Of a stretch of DNA of 64,000 bases, positions 20,779-32,700 are shown in pieces (position 1 is the first letter of the stretch; every line of letters begins with the position of its first letter). Position numbers and translations under genes: made by a program. Below the pieces are notes generated by a model. That model was not told the origin of the DNA and searched no databases. It saw nothing but the letters and a program-made list of their open reading frames with translations. The DNA is from Epithemia pelagica. Its lineage: Eukaryota; Protista; Bacillariophyta. The stretch is from positions 1,736,001 to 1,800,000 of the forward strand of contig OX337230.1 in the NCBI GenBank assembly GCA_946965045.2, written 5' to 3'.

Positions 20779-23494
20779 TCAAAGAAGCGAGCTGGGAGCG
20801 AAGGTCTTGGGTCTGCGCCGAGTCGGGTAACGTGGAGAGCAGAGAGGTCAAAGAAGTCAAAAACGATTGAAGATTAGGGTTCTGGAAAAGGTGATCCGAG
20901 GGAGAGGAAATCGACGAGGCCGTAGTGGCCGCAGACGGGCCCACTCCGGGGTCGGGTGGGCCACGATTGGTGGTAGATTGCGAACCAGTGCTAGCAGTAG
21001 AGGCCAGCGAGGTGCCTTGGGGCAAGGTAGAAACACTGTCCTGATCCCCGGCAGCGTCGTGGGGCCGAACAAGGGGAGACGTAATGGCCGTCGTCAAAGT
21101 CGAGGCAGGAGTGGCGTCGTCGCCAAAGCCAGAACAATCCAACTCGCCATCGCCCGAATCAAAGACCCAACCGTTGTAGTCGTCTGCCGGGGAATCCACG
21201 GTCATGGTGGTGGGATTCCACACGGCACCCACTGCTCGATCGAGGGCATCCTTGCTAAAATGGCAGTAAAGAGTTTTTGCGAAAAAACGCTCACGAGCAA
21301 CATCCGACAAGTTAGGCACTTCTTCAGCCATCTTCCAACGTAGATATGGAATGAGAGCGATAATCATCGCCCGGGCTTCTTGTTCGCGGGCGGGGTGAAA
21401 GGCAAACTGCATGGCACCCTCCCCAATATGGCTGGGGTCCACCGAATGGAATAACTGATGACCATCAACCGTACTACGAATTTCCATCAATCGAGCGCGG
21501 AGGGTTAAATTGGTTTCCGAATCCGGCTGGTCGATCGAGTGTAACTCCCATGTCCGCATGCCCCTCATGTGGGTGCAGAATTGGAGTTGCCGAAGGCGGA
21601 GGGCAGCCACTTTCTCGCGAGTCCGGAGGTTCATGACATCCGACAACGGCCACACGAGACGCATTTTGATCCCTAACGGGAAACGCGTCGCAGTACGGGC
21701 ATACAGGTCAGCCAGACGACGTTTGGCCTCACGCTTGTGGAGACGGTTGACCTCAAAATGGAGAGCCTTCGCCATCTGGTCTGGAGGAATGGCACCCGCT
21801 TGACCAGTTTGGATGGTACGCCAACGCAGCCCGAGAGGGAATCCGAGCGCTTCTTCCAGTACCCGCTTGAGGGCCGGAACATCAATGGATTGTAGCGAGT
21901 ACAAACCCCAACCCACAATATAGGTAGATTCACATTGTAGTTGTCTGGGCCACAAACCATGGCGCTCGCTTTGAAACCACCAGGATAGGTCGTGCTTGAG
22001 TGACGTAAACGGCCGAGAATGCCCGAGATGAATGGAGGGGTAGACGAAGCCGCCAGTGGGTTTAGGCAAAGCGCGCGGGAAGTACCGCCTCATCCCATCC
22101 ATAGTAGCAGGGATATCGTCGGGTTTGGCCAGGGAGCGCCACTGGCGTTGACCGTTTTGTTGCGTGGTGTTGTCGCGATCCGACCATGGATGAATGACGA
22201 GAGTAGGATCGTACTCCCGCAATTTGGCAAAAAACGCTACCAAGGTAGACCGGAGTTCCGCGTCGGCATTACTAGAAGGCGCCAGCTGAAGCCGCATCTC
22301 GTAACGGGCCTCGACCGAGCGCGGCGGAAGAAGCTCTGTACGAAGATACGGATTGGTGGATTGGAGCGTCGGACCCGGGGGACGAGGAGCCGTCGATTGT
22401 CTGGGACGAGGGGCAATGCCCACCGAGGTGGGGACCGTCGCAGCCACCGGTTGGTGGACAAACATTTGAACGAAGGAGCCCTCCGTGTTGTCGGTGGCAA
22501 CAGTCGCCGCGTCGGACATGTCCGTATCCTCGCCAGGGGCCGAGGGGGCCGTGGCCGCAGCCCCACCGGAAGCCGTATCTTCAGCTTGTTGATTGCGCTC
22601 CGCCTGAAGCGCCTGTACTTCAGCATCCAAAAGGGCTTGAAAACCACCGCGATTGGGAGACGTCTGGGACGAGTTCTGAGTAGTGCGCTCACGACTAGAC
22701 TGGGACGACGAGGCGGGGGGACGAGCGGGGGGATTGGGTGCCAGAACACTGGCCATCGCCACCGCTGGAGCAGCCCTCTGGGAGCACGTCGTAACGCCGT
22801 CGGACACAAGTCGAGCTTCAGCCATGGGAACATCCTGCATAGAAGCCGATCGGGGGGTCCGAGATTCCTGGATGGAACGGCCGCGTCCACGACCGCTGCT
22901 CGATGAAACGCTACCCACCGGAGCGCGACCACCTCGACCTGGAACCAAAGGAGCCAAAGGCGTGGCTGTGGTGGTAGCCGGAGACGTGGGTGCCGAACGA
23001 TTGCGAGAGCGATGGGAGCGAGACCGACGAGAGCTCGGAGAACCACGTCCCGATGGCGACCGTTGTTGAGATTGCGACCGGCGGGCCCTGGAATTAGGAG
23101 GCGAACGGGGCGGGCGGATCGAGTCCGGAGCAATACCACGGCGGGGGGAGGAGTCGACAATGGGATCAGCTGGATCCTCTCGAGAAGGACCGGATTCGAC
23201 TTCCATGGCCGCCACTCCAGCATAAGTCGGTCGAATTGTCGACGCCGGAGCGGGCGCCGTCGAAGAACTCATGCGTGGACCGGAGGCCGGGCCAGAGGAA
23301 GCCGCTGGGGTTTCGGTAGGACGACGCGACGTCGCAGCAGAACGAGATGCCGAGTTGGTGGCCTGGGCGGGTGTCGCTGAAAAGAATTGAGTCACATTCG
23401 ATTGCACCGTGGCGGACGCTGAAGGAGAGGACGACGAATGGTTGCGACCATGGGATCTACCTCCCGCGGTAGGAGGAGAACGTCGATTCGTCAT
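20720..23494 (-). CDS. LINE ORF1 (gag-like)
   Basis: ATG at 23494 near the element 5' end; R/S/P-rich disordered N-terminus and an ordered central domain; no CCHC knuckle seen; overlaps the ORF2 open frame by 59 nt. Confidence 0.85.
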   Translation of the reverse strand: MTNRRSPPTAGGRSHGRNHSSSSPSASATVQSNVTQFFSATPAQATNSASRSAATSRRPTETPAASSGPASGPRMSSSTAPAPASTIRPTYAGVAAMEVESGPSREDPADPIVDSSPRRGIAPDSIRPPRSPPNSRARRSQSQQRSPSGRGSPSSRRSRSHRSRNRSAPTSPATTTATPLAPLVPGRGGRAPVGSVSSSSGRGRGRSIQESRTPRSASMQDVPMAEARLVSDGVTTCSQRAAPAVAMASVLAPNPPARPPASSSQSSRERTTQNSSQTSPNRGGFQALLDAEVQALQAERNQQAEDTASGGAAATAPSAPGEDTDMSDAATVATDNTEGSFVQMFVHQPVAATVPTSVGIAPRPRQSTAPRPPGPTLQSTNPYLRTELLPPRSVEARYEMRLQLAPSSNADAELRSTLVAFFAKLREYDPTLVIHPWSDRDNTTQQNGQRQWRSLAKPDDIPATMDGMRRYFPRALPKPTGGFVYPSIHLGHSRPFTSLKHDLSWWFQSERHGLWPRQLQCESTYIVGWGLYSLQSIDVPALKRVLEEALGFPLGLRWRTIQTGQAGAIPPDQMAKALHFEVNRLHKREAKRRLADLYARTATRFPLGIKMRLVWPLSDVMNLRTREKVAALRLRQLQFCTHMRGMRTWELHSIDQPDSETNLTLRARLMEIRSTVDGHQLFHSVDPSHIGEGAMQFAFHPAREQEARAMIIALIPYLRWKMAEEVPNLSDVARERFFAKTLYCHFSKDALDRAVGAVWNPTTMTVDSPADDYNGWVFDSGDGELDCSGFGDDATPASTLTTAITSPLVRPHDAAGDQDSVSTLPQGTSLASTASTGSQSTTNRGPPDPGVGPSAATTASSISSPSDHLFQNPNLQSFLTSLTSLLSTLPDSAQTQDLRSQLASLTSASSASPSTPPSATGQGH

Positions 23495-23591
23495 GGTGAG
23501 AACACACACGTAGGATCACACGTAGAACTTAGTAGGAAGGGACTATAGGCATAAGTAGTAGGCTTAGCAAAAAGATCGACATCGAAAAAGT

Positions 23592-23610
23592 TCAATCCAT
23601 TAAATAAAAA
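23592..23610. repeat. Right target-site duplication of the LINE (19 bp)
   Basis: Identical to 14754-14772. Confidence 0.92.
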
Positions 23611-23704
23611 CCATTTCACCACGCTGTTCCACGTCAGAATCTCGTCTGTTTTATCAATCCATTAATAAACTCATTTTTTCACCACGCTGTTCCACGTCAG
23701 AATC
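23592..23704. repeat. Two tandem copies of an approx. 62-bp unit; the first copy is the LINE target
   Basis: TCAATCCATTAA...TTCACCACGCTGTTCCACGTCAGAATC at 23592 and 23654. The leading TGTTTTA of copy 1 lies at 14747, on the other side of the LINE. Confidence 0.85.
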
Positions 23705-24000
23705 ACGCCCAACGAACCAACCCACGAAACATCCCCCCACGCCATAAGGAGTTTAGCAACTTTGTCAATAACACCTAGCCAAACATAGAAGCTGAAGACC
23801 CAGACTTGTAGAAATGCATCCGAAGGCAACACAAATTGGAGTAAGATCCCCCCAGACATAGGCATTCTTAGTAAGAATCAGGCGTGCCGACGAAAAATCG
23901 TACAGTATTAGCATACTAAAGTTTTTTTAGAATATAGGCGGGATTACGTTTCTACAACCGATCGTACCCATTCACTCTCTGTTTTCCTCGTACTTTCCGA

Positions 24001-24789
24001 TTAGACGAGATCCACACGCGGAAAATAGTTCAAGTACTGATGTTCCTGTACAACGGCATCCATCAATCCCACGTTAAATTCAAGCTCCAATGTCACGATA
24101 GCATTGTCGTCGAAAATCGTTTCAACCACAGTCGCATTAATGCCCAATTGGTCGCTCGTCCCCAATTTTTTGAGAATCATGAAACCAGGGTCAACCCCCG
24201 GTAGGTAGGTCTTGTACAACTCAGCCATCACATCACGAATCTCCCAGAAACGATTAACATGAACAATCAACTCACCCATCAAATTGTTGGTCTTGACACG
24301 GCAAGGGAGCCAGTCGTGAGATGGACTACCAAACGTGACAGGGCGTTGAATACCAGACGGAAAGCGATTACGAAATCCTCCCTCAATCGTCGACAACTTG
24401 TCAATCGGAAAGGGTCTGGACGTAGTAGGCGGACGAAAATAGATCTTGTAGCTACCCTTCAATACCAAATCTTGCTCAACCGTAGGCAATCCCCAGCTGT
24501 GTCCTTCACTCGAATCCACTGACCACCGAACTTGCATGATTCGTCCGTCATGACCAAGAGACTCACCACCATCGATCACCTGGTTTGTCTGTTCATCTGC
24601 CAAGCCAATCAAAGTTTCCGGAACCTCCACCGCTTCGGAAACGCGAAGCCGAATGACGTCGAGTGGAGTGTCTTGCATGCACATTGCACCGAATCCCCAC
24701 GTCGGCGAAACTTTAACAATAAACTGCGCCATCTCGTCGTCGGCCCCAACAACAAAGTGCCGCGACGGCAAAACAACCAACTGAACCAT
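24001..24789 (-). CDS. Helitron cargo protein A, two putative ubiquitin-like (beta-grasp) domains; paralog of 35464..36231
   Basis: First ATG 24789. Aligns by eye over its full length with the 35464 ORF (LIGL, VRW.V, FPSG...PVTF, WL.CRV.TN.L.GE, AELYK..GVDP.FMILKK). Confidence 0.72.
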   Translation of the reverse strand: MVQLVVLPSRHFVVGADDEMAQFIVKVSPTWGFGAMCMQDTPLDVIRLRVSEAVEVPETLIGLADEQTNQVIDGGESLGHDGRIMQVRWSVDSSEGHSWGLPTVEQDLVLKGSYKIYFRPPTTSRPFPIDKLSTIEGGFRNRFPSGIQRPVTFGSPSHDWLPCRVKTNNLMGELIVHVNRFWEIRDVMAELYKTYLPGVDPGFMILKKLGTSDQLGINATVVETIFDDNAIVTLELEFNVGLMDAVVQEHQYLNYFPRVDLV

Positions 24790-25092
24790 AGTCTTGACAA
24801 CTGAGGTAAGTGCACAAAAGCAGACTGTGGTGGACACGAAAATTTATGAGACAACTTCGTCTCTAACCTTTTCCTCTATTCTGTTACCAAAAAAACCCAC
24901 CCGCAAACCTATTTGACAGAAACCAACCGTAACCACACCTCCACGGAGGTCGTGCCGTGGAAACTCGTCACGGTGGACAGAAACCGACCGACACGACAAC
25001 CAACCGAAAACCCACCCAACAATCAAACACATTTCGACGACTGACCGTGCCATGGCTATAAAGCTACGTTGGTTGTTCCATTGTTTTGTTAC

Positions 25093-25758
25093 ATGTATCC
25101 TCGTCGTGCCATCTACCGTAACCGTGCCGGCTTTTTGCGTCATCCAGGCATGCCTGGTTATCGTGCACGCACAACGATCGACGGCGGCTGTTCCTTCCAA
25201 CCCGTGGATTGTTACGTGCGTGTGAGTGATACGGTCGACTTCCGTACCTGCGTAGTCGAAAAGTACTCCACGGCAATTCACGTTTTACGCACCATTGCAA
25301 AAAAGATGCGGATTCCACTATGTGACATTCGCCTAACCAAGCAAAACGGAAAACGGATTGCTATGAAGGCATATGTGTACGAAAACGACAGCGATCTCAC
25401 TAACGGTGCTATTACACTGGCTATGGTGATGGGAAGTCATCGTGATTTCAGCGAGACTTACCTTCCCGAGAATTTTTCGCTTTCGTCAACACCAGAATGC
25501 AAACAGGAGAGCGACAATGAGCAAGACGACGAGGATGAGGAAGACGATTCCGAAGAGGAGCTAGATGGGCGAGACCATTAGGACGAGGAAGATGATTCAG
25601 AAGAAGAGAAACAAGACGGGCAAGACCATGAGGACGATGATTCAGAAGAAGATGATGATTCCGTTGTGTTGGTTGACAAGAACGAACAAATGGAGAGCAA
25701 TGGAGGCAAGCGAGACTCGTGCCGATCGTCGCGTTTGGTTGAAGAGGCGCATGTCTGA
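25093..25758 (+). pseudogene. Helitron cargo B: putative ubiquitin-like domain plus acidic tail, with premature TAG at 25579-25581
   Basis: VDCYVRVSD...STAIHVLRTIAKKMRIPLCDIRLTKQNGKRI fits a beta-grasp pattern. The acidic repeat continues in frame after the TAG, and the sister repeat reads GAC CAT GAG where this one reads GAC CAT TAG. Confidence 0.6.
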
Positions 25759-26395
25759 TTGTTGCGGCTCGTCTCCAGTTGCGGCGGATCAAGAAACCAA
25801 ACACCATTGTTTTTTGACGTGAAAAATTGAGTACCTTTCCGCCGTCTGTCGTCTTTACCACGTCTCAATTTAGATGACAGTAGTTTCTCTTGCATCACAT
25901 CTTCTTGTTCATTTCCATAGGGATCTTCTTGTTGGGATCTTCTTGTTCATTTCCATAGGGAGTGAGAGCCAAATGGACAACGGCAGCCTTGAGAGCCTCC
26001 ATTTGGCCGTATCGCCATTGTTCCCCGATCTTTTTGGACAATCCTTTGCCAATTAGGCATCTTTGGTCTTTGGCATGTCGTCGATGATGGATGGTCAACA
26101 AATAACGCTAAACGCACGTCTCGTATTCTTCCATGTCCACGTAGGTGTCTCTCTGTCTCTCGCTTTGTCAATTGTCAATGGTGCCAACCAAAGATCCGTC
26201 ATCGCTCCCATGTGCAGAGCGAGAGGAAAATGAAAGTAGGAGAATCACCGCGAATCGCAATGAAGGACAACCACCTGTATCTGTATGCAACCTTATAAGC
26301 ACGAAACACTTGCGGCGCCGGCCTTAAGACTTAAAGATTAGATTACTACAACAACTAATCAAAGGCCAATCTCTCCGTGCTCTCCATACAAGACC

Positions 26396-27178
26396 TCAGC
26401 CTTGAGTCATGCCGGGATATCCGAACTTAAAGCGCGCGACATTCGAATAACGACCGTTACGGTCGACGCTGAAAACCGAGTCATGTTCCACGTGTTCACC
26501 ACCTTCACCACCGTCAAAAAACTGGGAATAAAAATCCGTCGTGGGACTCCCTTCCACGGCCAAGTAGCTATCGATTATTTCCGCCACGTGCTCATCTGTA
26601 AATAAATGATCAAGCGCGCGAGGCGGGCTCTGAGTGTGGTCGAACTCCGCCTTGTAAATATAGTCCTTTTCCCAAGTAACATTGGGGTTCTCATTGTCCG
26701 CGCGCTCAAGAATCTCGATTAGCTTCTCCGCGAATTCTTTCTTGAGCTGCGCGTGCGCAGTGCTATCAACCAACGGATCGTGCTCGGTAGGCGGGCACGC
26801 GACAACACATGGCCAGAAAAAAACACCTTGGTTCGGCTTGGGGGGGCCCTTCACCAACGGAAGGTTCTTCTCGCGCGACACACGACGGTGTAGGGTCGTG
26901 ATGCGCATGTCATACGATTCGAGATCGCCTTGCGCACTATTGAGAATTTCGTCAGTGACTGGCTTCAGATATCCCGATTCTTCAACACCCGCCTTCTGAA
27001 GCTTAAGATACCCAACAATAAACGCTCCCTTCGGACCACACTGTTCGAGGTGAACTTCCGTCACCTGTGGCCCAGCCGCAGATGCACGGACGTCCTTCAC
27101 TTTCTTCTTCCCTTTCGAAGCAAATGGACTCCTCTTGAGCTTAACGGGAGTAACCACTCTGTGTGCACCCTGGGACAC
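26396..27178 (-). CDS. Helitron cargo C: unknown 260-aa protein with basic NLS-like N-terminus
   Basis: ATG-initiated ORF of globular-looking composition, with KLKRSPFASKGKKKVK at the N-terminus; no family recognised. Confidence 0.65.
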   Translation of the reverse strand: MSQGAHRVVTPVKLKRSPFASKGKKKVKDVRASAAGPQVTEVHLEQCGPKGAFIVGYLKLQKAGVEESGYLKPVTDEILNSAQGDLESYDMRITTLHRRVSREKNLPLVKGPPKPNQGVFFWPCVVACPPTEHDPLVDSTAHAQLKKEFAEKLIEILERADNENPNVTWEKDYIYKAEFDHTQSPPRALDHLFTDEHVAEIIDSYLAVEGSPTTDFYSQFFDGGEGGEHVEHDSVFSVDRNGRYSNVARFKFGYPGMTQG

Positions 27179-27458
27179 ATTGGATGTTTCTGTTGCGTTG
27201 GTCTACAAAAATGGGGAAGGTAAGTAAGCGCCGGGCCAAGCACCATGGTTATTGCACGACGAACGGAACTCACCATGCTGTCTTACTCAACTTTCTCCAG
27301 ATAAGACACAAATTGTTCTCAGCCGGATTTATGAGATCAACAGGAAATGAATGCTGTTAAGGTTGATTGTCGTGCCATCTCCATCAGTCCATTAACGTCG
27401 AATCCAGGTCGAGTCGTACCGTGGACTGCAACGGTCCATTTATGTCATCATCAGGACA

Positions 27459-27755
27459 CACAACAATTTACACACATACCCAACAATCAACCACGAATGC
27501 AGCAGCGTGAATCACCGGACGAAGTGCCAATGCAATCGGAGACACCACAAACAGCACACAGATTCAACAATCAACCACGACCGCAAGAGGACCGTGGAAC
27601 ACAACCGACAACAATTTACACACATACCCAACAATCAACCACGAATGCAGCAGCGTGAACCACCCGACGAAGTGCCAATGCAATCGGAGACACCACAAAC
27701 ACCAACAGATTCAACAATCAACCACGACCGCAAGAGGACCGTGGAACACAAGAGC
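27459..27755. repeat. Tandem duplication with 148-bp period and CAACAATCAACCACGA sub-repeats
   Basis: ACAATTTACACACATACCC starts at 27463 and 27611. The sub-motif occurs four times in the array, with a variant at 27901. Confidence 0.85.
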
Positions 27756-28591
27756 GTGAAACACCACGCCGTACCGGGGGAGATGCCAATGCTGACGGAG
27801 ACACAACAACGCGATGCACAGCAATCAAACTACCTAGTCCGTTCCCATCAGCCCACGGCGTGCAGTCTATTTTCACGATCTTTCAAGCACCACACATATT
27901 CAACAATCAAACACGACCGCAGCGTGAAACACAACACTAGTACAGTCTGTGGTACTATTCTAGCGTGGTGATTAACGTAGTAGTCCGGCGTGTTGGTTGT
28001 GTGCCGTCCACGTTTTTCTAGTACATTACGGATTGGAACTGATCAGCATCCACTCCATCCATCTTGTCTCATTATTTCTTGCTTTCATTATTTTGTTTTC
28101 CGGTGCTGGTTCACAGTTCACAGCTCACAGCATAATTTGTCGGTTGGTTGTTGGTACTTGGTACGAAGTTTATCACACGTATTGTTGTGTAACCGCGTGT
28201 TCTTGTGGCGGCTGAGTAACCACGTGTAACCACGTGTGTTTGTGTGAAACGATCTGAGGAAGGAAGTGTGTCGCTTGATTCCGTGTGTGAGTTCTGTGTC
28301 TTTGCTAACAAAATCCGGGGAACCATCGGTGGTAACCAATCCAACCGGCAACTGGATTTCCAATCCCTAGAGATTGTTGTACACCCCCATCCCATACCTT
28401 GAGTACAAGTAGACCGAAAGGTTGAAAAGAGGGCGATCCTTGCCAGACCGGCTGGATACCGTCAGGGGGGCGGAGTTTAAAGTACTCGACAGGTACAACT
28501 CCGCGTGCTACGGCACATCATTGCGCACTAACGAAACATCTGTCGCGGCTCTGCTCGCCACATAGTCGGTACTCTTTTCTGCATCACGGAC

Positions 28592-28745
28592 AGGGCGACT
28601 GATTCCGAGGGACCGAAACTGAATCTCGGTTGTCTTACGACATCGTCTGTCGTCGGCCGTGTGAAGAGGGCGACTGATTCGCGATCTGAACGGAAATCTG
28701 AATCTTGGTTGACCGTGGACGCCGTCTGTTGTCGGCCGTGTGGAG
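28592..28745. repeat. Two degenerate tandem copies of an approx. 75-bp unit
   Basis: AGGGCGACTGATT...GAATCT.GGTTG...GTCGGCCGTGTG at 28592 and 28667. Confidence 0.75.
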
Positions 28746-29042
28746 TACGGGCAAGGGACTGGCGATCCCACAGTGATTGGGCAAGACTCAAGTATCAAGA
28801 CTACAAGGACAGGCTCAGTGCGTGGATCCCTAACAGGTGAAGCTGCCAGTCACGTGACATTATTGTCTGTGATATACTGACAACCTGGATTACTACGGTG
28901 TGAGGGGCCCGCGTTTCGTAATTAGTCGGGTACTACGGCAACGCGGCTGTTGGAAAAGAGGCTTCCTCAATAGTTGTTTCTGACAACAAAGGAATTCCCG
29001 CCACAGCTTTCGTGCTTACAGCGACTTACGCTGAGTAACATA

Positions 29043-29706
<664 letters not shown>

Positions 29707-29713
29707 CAGCGAC

Positions 29714-32700
29714 ATGCATTTTGTTTATTTGATTTTTAGCTTCATTTTAGTCATGAATGCAGATGTTAGGGCAAGATCTCAGGGCATTAGAAATGCAGAA
29801 TCCACGCGCAATGGGTTGTTGTACACAGACGCACAGGGCAACTCCAACGCAAAAATATGCTGTGTTTGTGACACATTGATTCCATACGGTGATGAGAAAT
29901 GCTTGACCATACAGGACATCCGTCACAAACGTTTGTGTTCTGTGTTGTCGAAGAAGAACTTGGGTTTGTTGGAGTATGGGATTAAACAGGAAGGGCAGGT
30001 TGCTATCCAGAAGCACTATACACAGCTCTGTTATACGACTAGGCAAAAGGAGTATAAGTTTCTGAACAATTTGGTTTTGTCCCCCAAATCATACCCCGCC
30101 AAAAAGGGCACAAAAGAAGGCCTTGGATGCTGTAGGGCTTGTCACTCGCACCTTCAGAACATGAAAAACAAGAAAGGTGACTGCACCCCACCACGCTATG
30201 CCATTGTTAACGGCCTATCGATTGGAAAGCCTCCTGTGTGTTTGACAGACCTTAATGAGGTTGAATTGGCTATGATAGCGCCCGCTAGGACAAACAAACA
30301 CATTTTTTCATTTACCGCTGGTAGCCATAAATCAATCAGGGGATGGCATTCGCTGTACTATAATGACCTTGATGCCGTCAATGGCGTTGTTAATTGGTGT
30401 AATGAGGCAACCACACAACGACACCAGCAAGGAGAAAGCAATGATAGCTTGGGTGGGGAAGAAAACGCAGAAAAGAAGTTATACATTCCTACAATCGCGG
30501 TGGTATTGTGCGGCCCGTTTACGTCGGCCCAGCGTGCAAAAGTGAGGGAGAAAACCGAAGTGAGATGGGAAAAAATGCAAAATGCACTGGTATGGTTAAA
30601 AGCAAATAACCCACTATATGCAGAATATGATCTCCCAACAGACGCAATGCTGAAACCAATTTTCCTTGACAAAGCAGAGATTGTTCCTGAATCGTCGTCA
30701 AATGTCGAGCTGGTTTTTGAAATCAATGCGGTTTTCCCGGACTCTGATGAACCCAAAACAGGTAATGGTGGGTTCGCGACTCAGCAGGAGTTCAGAAATG
30801 CTTCTGTAGAAAATTTAGTAACACCAGAGTCTGACAAGCAAGCAACATTGATATCCCGGCCAACCCCACATCTACTCCGTGATTATGAGGGTGACAACTT
30901 GATTCGTGCGTTCCCCCTTCAGTTTCCCTACGGAATTGGCGGTCGTAATTCGGAGGGTGAATCGCGGCAGGGGGTTGGGTATCTGAAACATTTGTCTATG
31001 TTAGCCCCATCACGTTTTCATGGGGCAGCCGTTATATGTGTCCTTCATAATATGTTTGAGAGACAAAGAATGGTTGCCAATACTTTCCTTAGGGTGTCTG
31101 ATTCACAAGCACAGTCGTTTCCAGATATTTCGACAGAGGCAATTGAGGAGGCCTTGCGGATGATGCAGGACAACGTGTCATGTTCCACCCCGGGATACAT
31201 GTTTCTTCAAAAGCTGAGAGCGATTACTTCTTCCATGGGCCATACGTCGGGTGCGGCAAAAAGGGCCCGACAGAGAATGTTTTCGATGATTTCGCATCAT
31301 GGTTTGCCGTCTTTGTTGTTTACCATTACACCAGAGGATGCAATTAACTACAGAATCAGGGTAATGTCGACGGGCGGGACGGGCGAGCGTCCACCACCCG
31401 ATCCATTCACTTGTGATTTCAGTGAACTTGCAAAATATGCTAAGGAATGTAAGGAAATTAGGGTTGATAATCCAGGGCTGTGTGCATTTGATTTTGAGAA
31501 TGTACTCCGGATTACAATCGCACATTTGATAGGGTGGGACGAAACAGAAAAACAAACCCTGCTTTGGAATATTTGGAGACATAAGTGGGTGGTGTTACGC
31601 AGTTGAGGAACAGGGACGAAAAACCCTACATGCACATTTTCTGCTGTGGGTGAAAGATTGGGCAAAATTGCTAAATGGGCTATCAGATGAAAGCCTCAGG
31701 GATACGTTCAAGAAGCAAATGGAGAAATATGTGTCAGCCGTGTCAAGTGCGGAATTGCATGGTAACGATTGTCAACCGGTGTGCACAAATGATGGCTGCT
31801 CTGGGTCTGTCTTGGAGCACTGCAGTGCGCAGGACTTGCGAAATCTCCGTACACGGGCAGGAAAGACGGCTTTCGGTGGGAAACAAATTATGAAGTGTGG
31901 GACCTGTGACAAAGGCTACTCAAGTGAGGATCTGGTAAAAATCCTACTTGACCCAATGTTTTCTCTGCAGGGGGGGGACGATGAACCGTTTTGGCCACAT
32001 GTTTCTTCACAACACACAAAATATCAGCTACTTATGGAGTTTGCATTGATGCGGCATAATCATCCGTTTGTTCCGAAGATCCTCGACGATAAACAAGCTG
32101 CAAGGTTTGTCGCAGCTTTGAGGAACCTACATAATTTGAATCACTGTACAGCATGTTTCAAAAAAGGGGGAGAATGCCGGATGAAGATTTCCAACCTTCC
32201 CTTTGAAAAAACCACTTTGGTTTTTGATGAGCATTACACTAATTGGTACGACTGGAAAGGGAACAACCGTGCACGACAGCTTTTCCATGTAGGTCATAAG
32301 CGTTCCAGAGCAGATGTTATGATGAATATCCATAATCGTGCGGCAAGTAATCTGTTTGCTTGTAACACCAATGTGGTTGCGGGTGTCGGTGGTGGTAGTG
32401 TCATGTATATGACATGCTATGTGTTGAAGAATACGCAGAATGAGGACAATGAGCATTTTGCATCTGCCGCGAAGCATATGGTTCGTAAAATGAAGACGTA
32501 TTTAAGCAACGATTTAGAGGACAATGAGAATCGGGAGAACAACACTGCCGATACTGATAATGACAGAGTCCTGCACGGTATGCGTGGGCTAATTGGTGCT
32601 GTTTTGCTTTCTACGGGGGCACACGTATGCAGTGCACCAATGGCAGCGTTTTTGTTGAGGAATGAGTCTCGTTTTGGGTTTTCGCATGAATTTGCATATG

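Larger units (their letters stand above)
14773..23591 (-). mobile_element. Full-length non-LTR retrotransposon (APE-RT-RNase H type, Ambal-like), 8.8 kb
   Basis: Two intact ORFs, about 97-nt 5' UTR, about 200-nt 3' UTR ending (TTA)3T5 on the sense strand, perfect 19-bp TSD, GC-richer than the flanks. Confidence 0.93.

Noticed and set aside
15214-23380. Many 60-330 aa ORFs overlapping the LINE, including 22019..22906 and 22237..23223
   Set aside because: Shadow frames of GC-rich ORF1/ORF2 with low-complexity R/P/G composition.
14555-23853. GTAAGATCCCCC 12-mer on both sides of the LINE
   Set aside because: A single short match with no extension, plausible by chance.
25895-26101. LSKKIGEQWR looks like HMG-box helix 2
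   Set aside because: Only 68 codons, no helix-1 or helix-3 pattern, and it ends in a local 23-bp duplication; too weak to call.
23592-28745. CRISPR-like repeat arrays
   Set aside because: Only two-copy tandem units without unique spacers, a eukaryotic context and no cas genes.
31540-31560. Programmed frameshift between the two RepHel ORFs
   Set aside because: There is no proper slippery heptamer, RepHel is normally one ORF, and the element carries other lesions; an indel is simpler.
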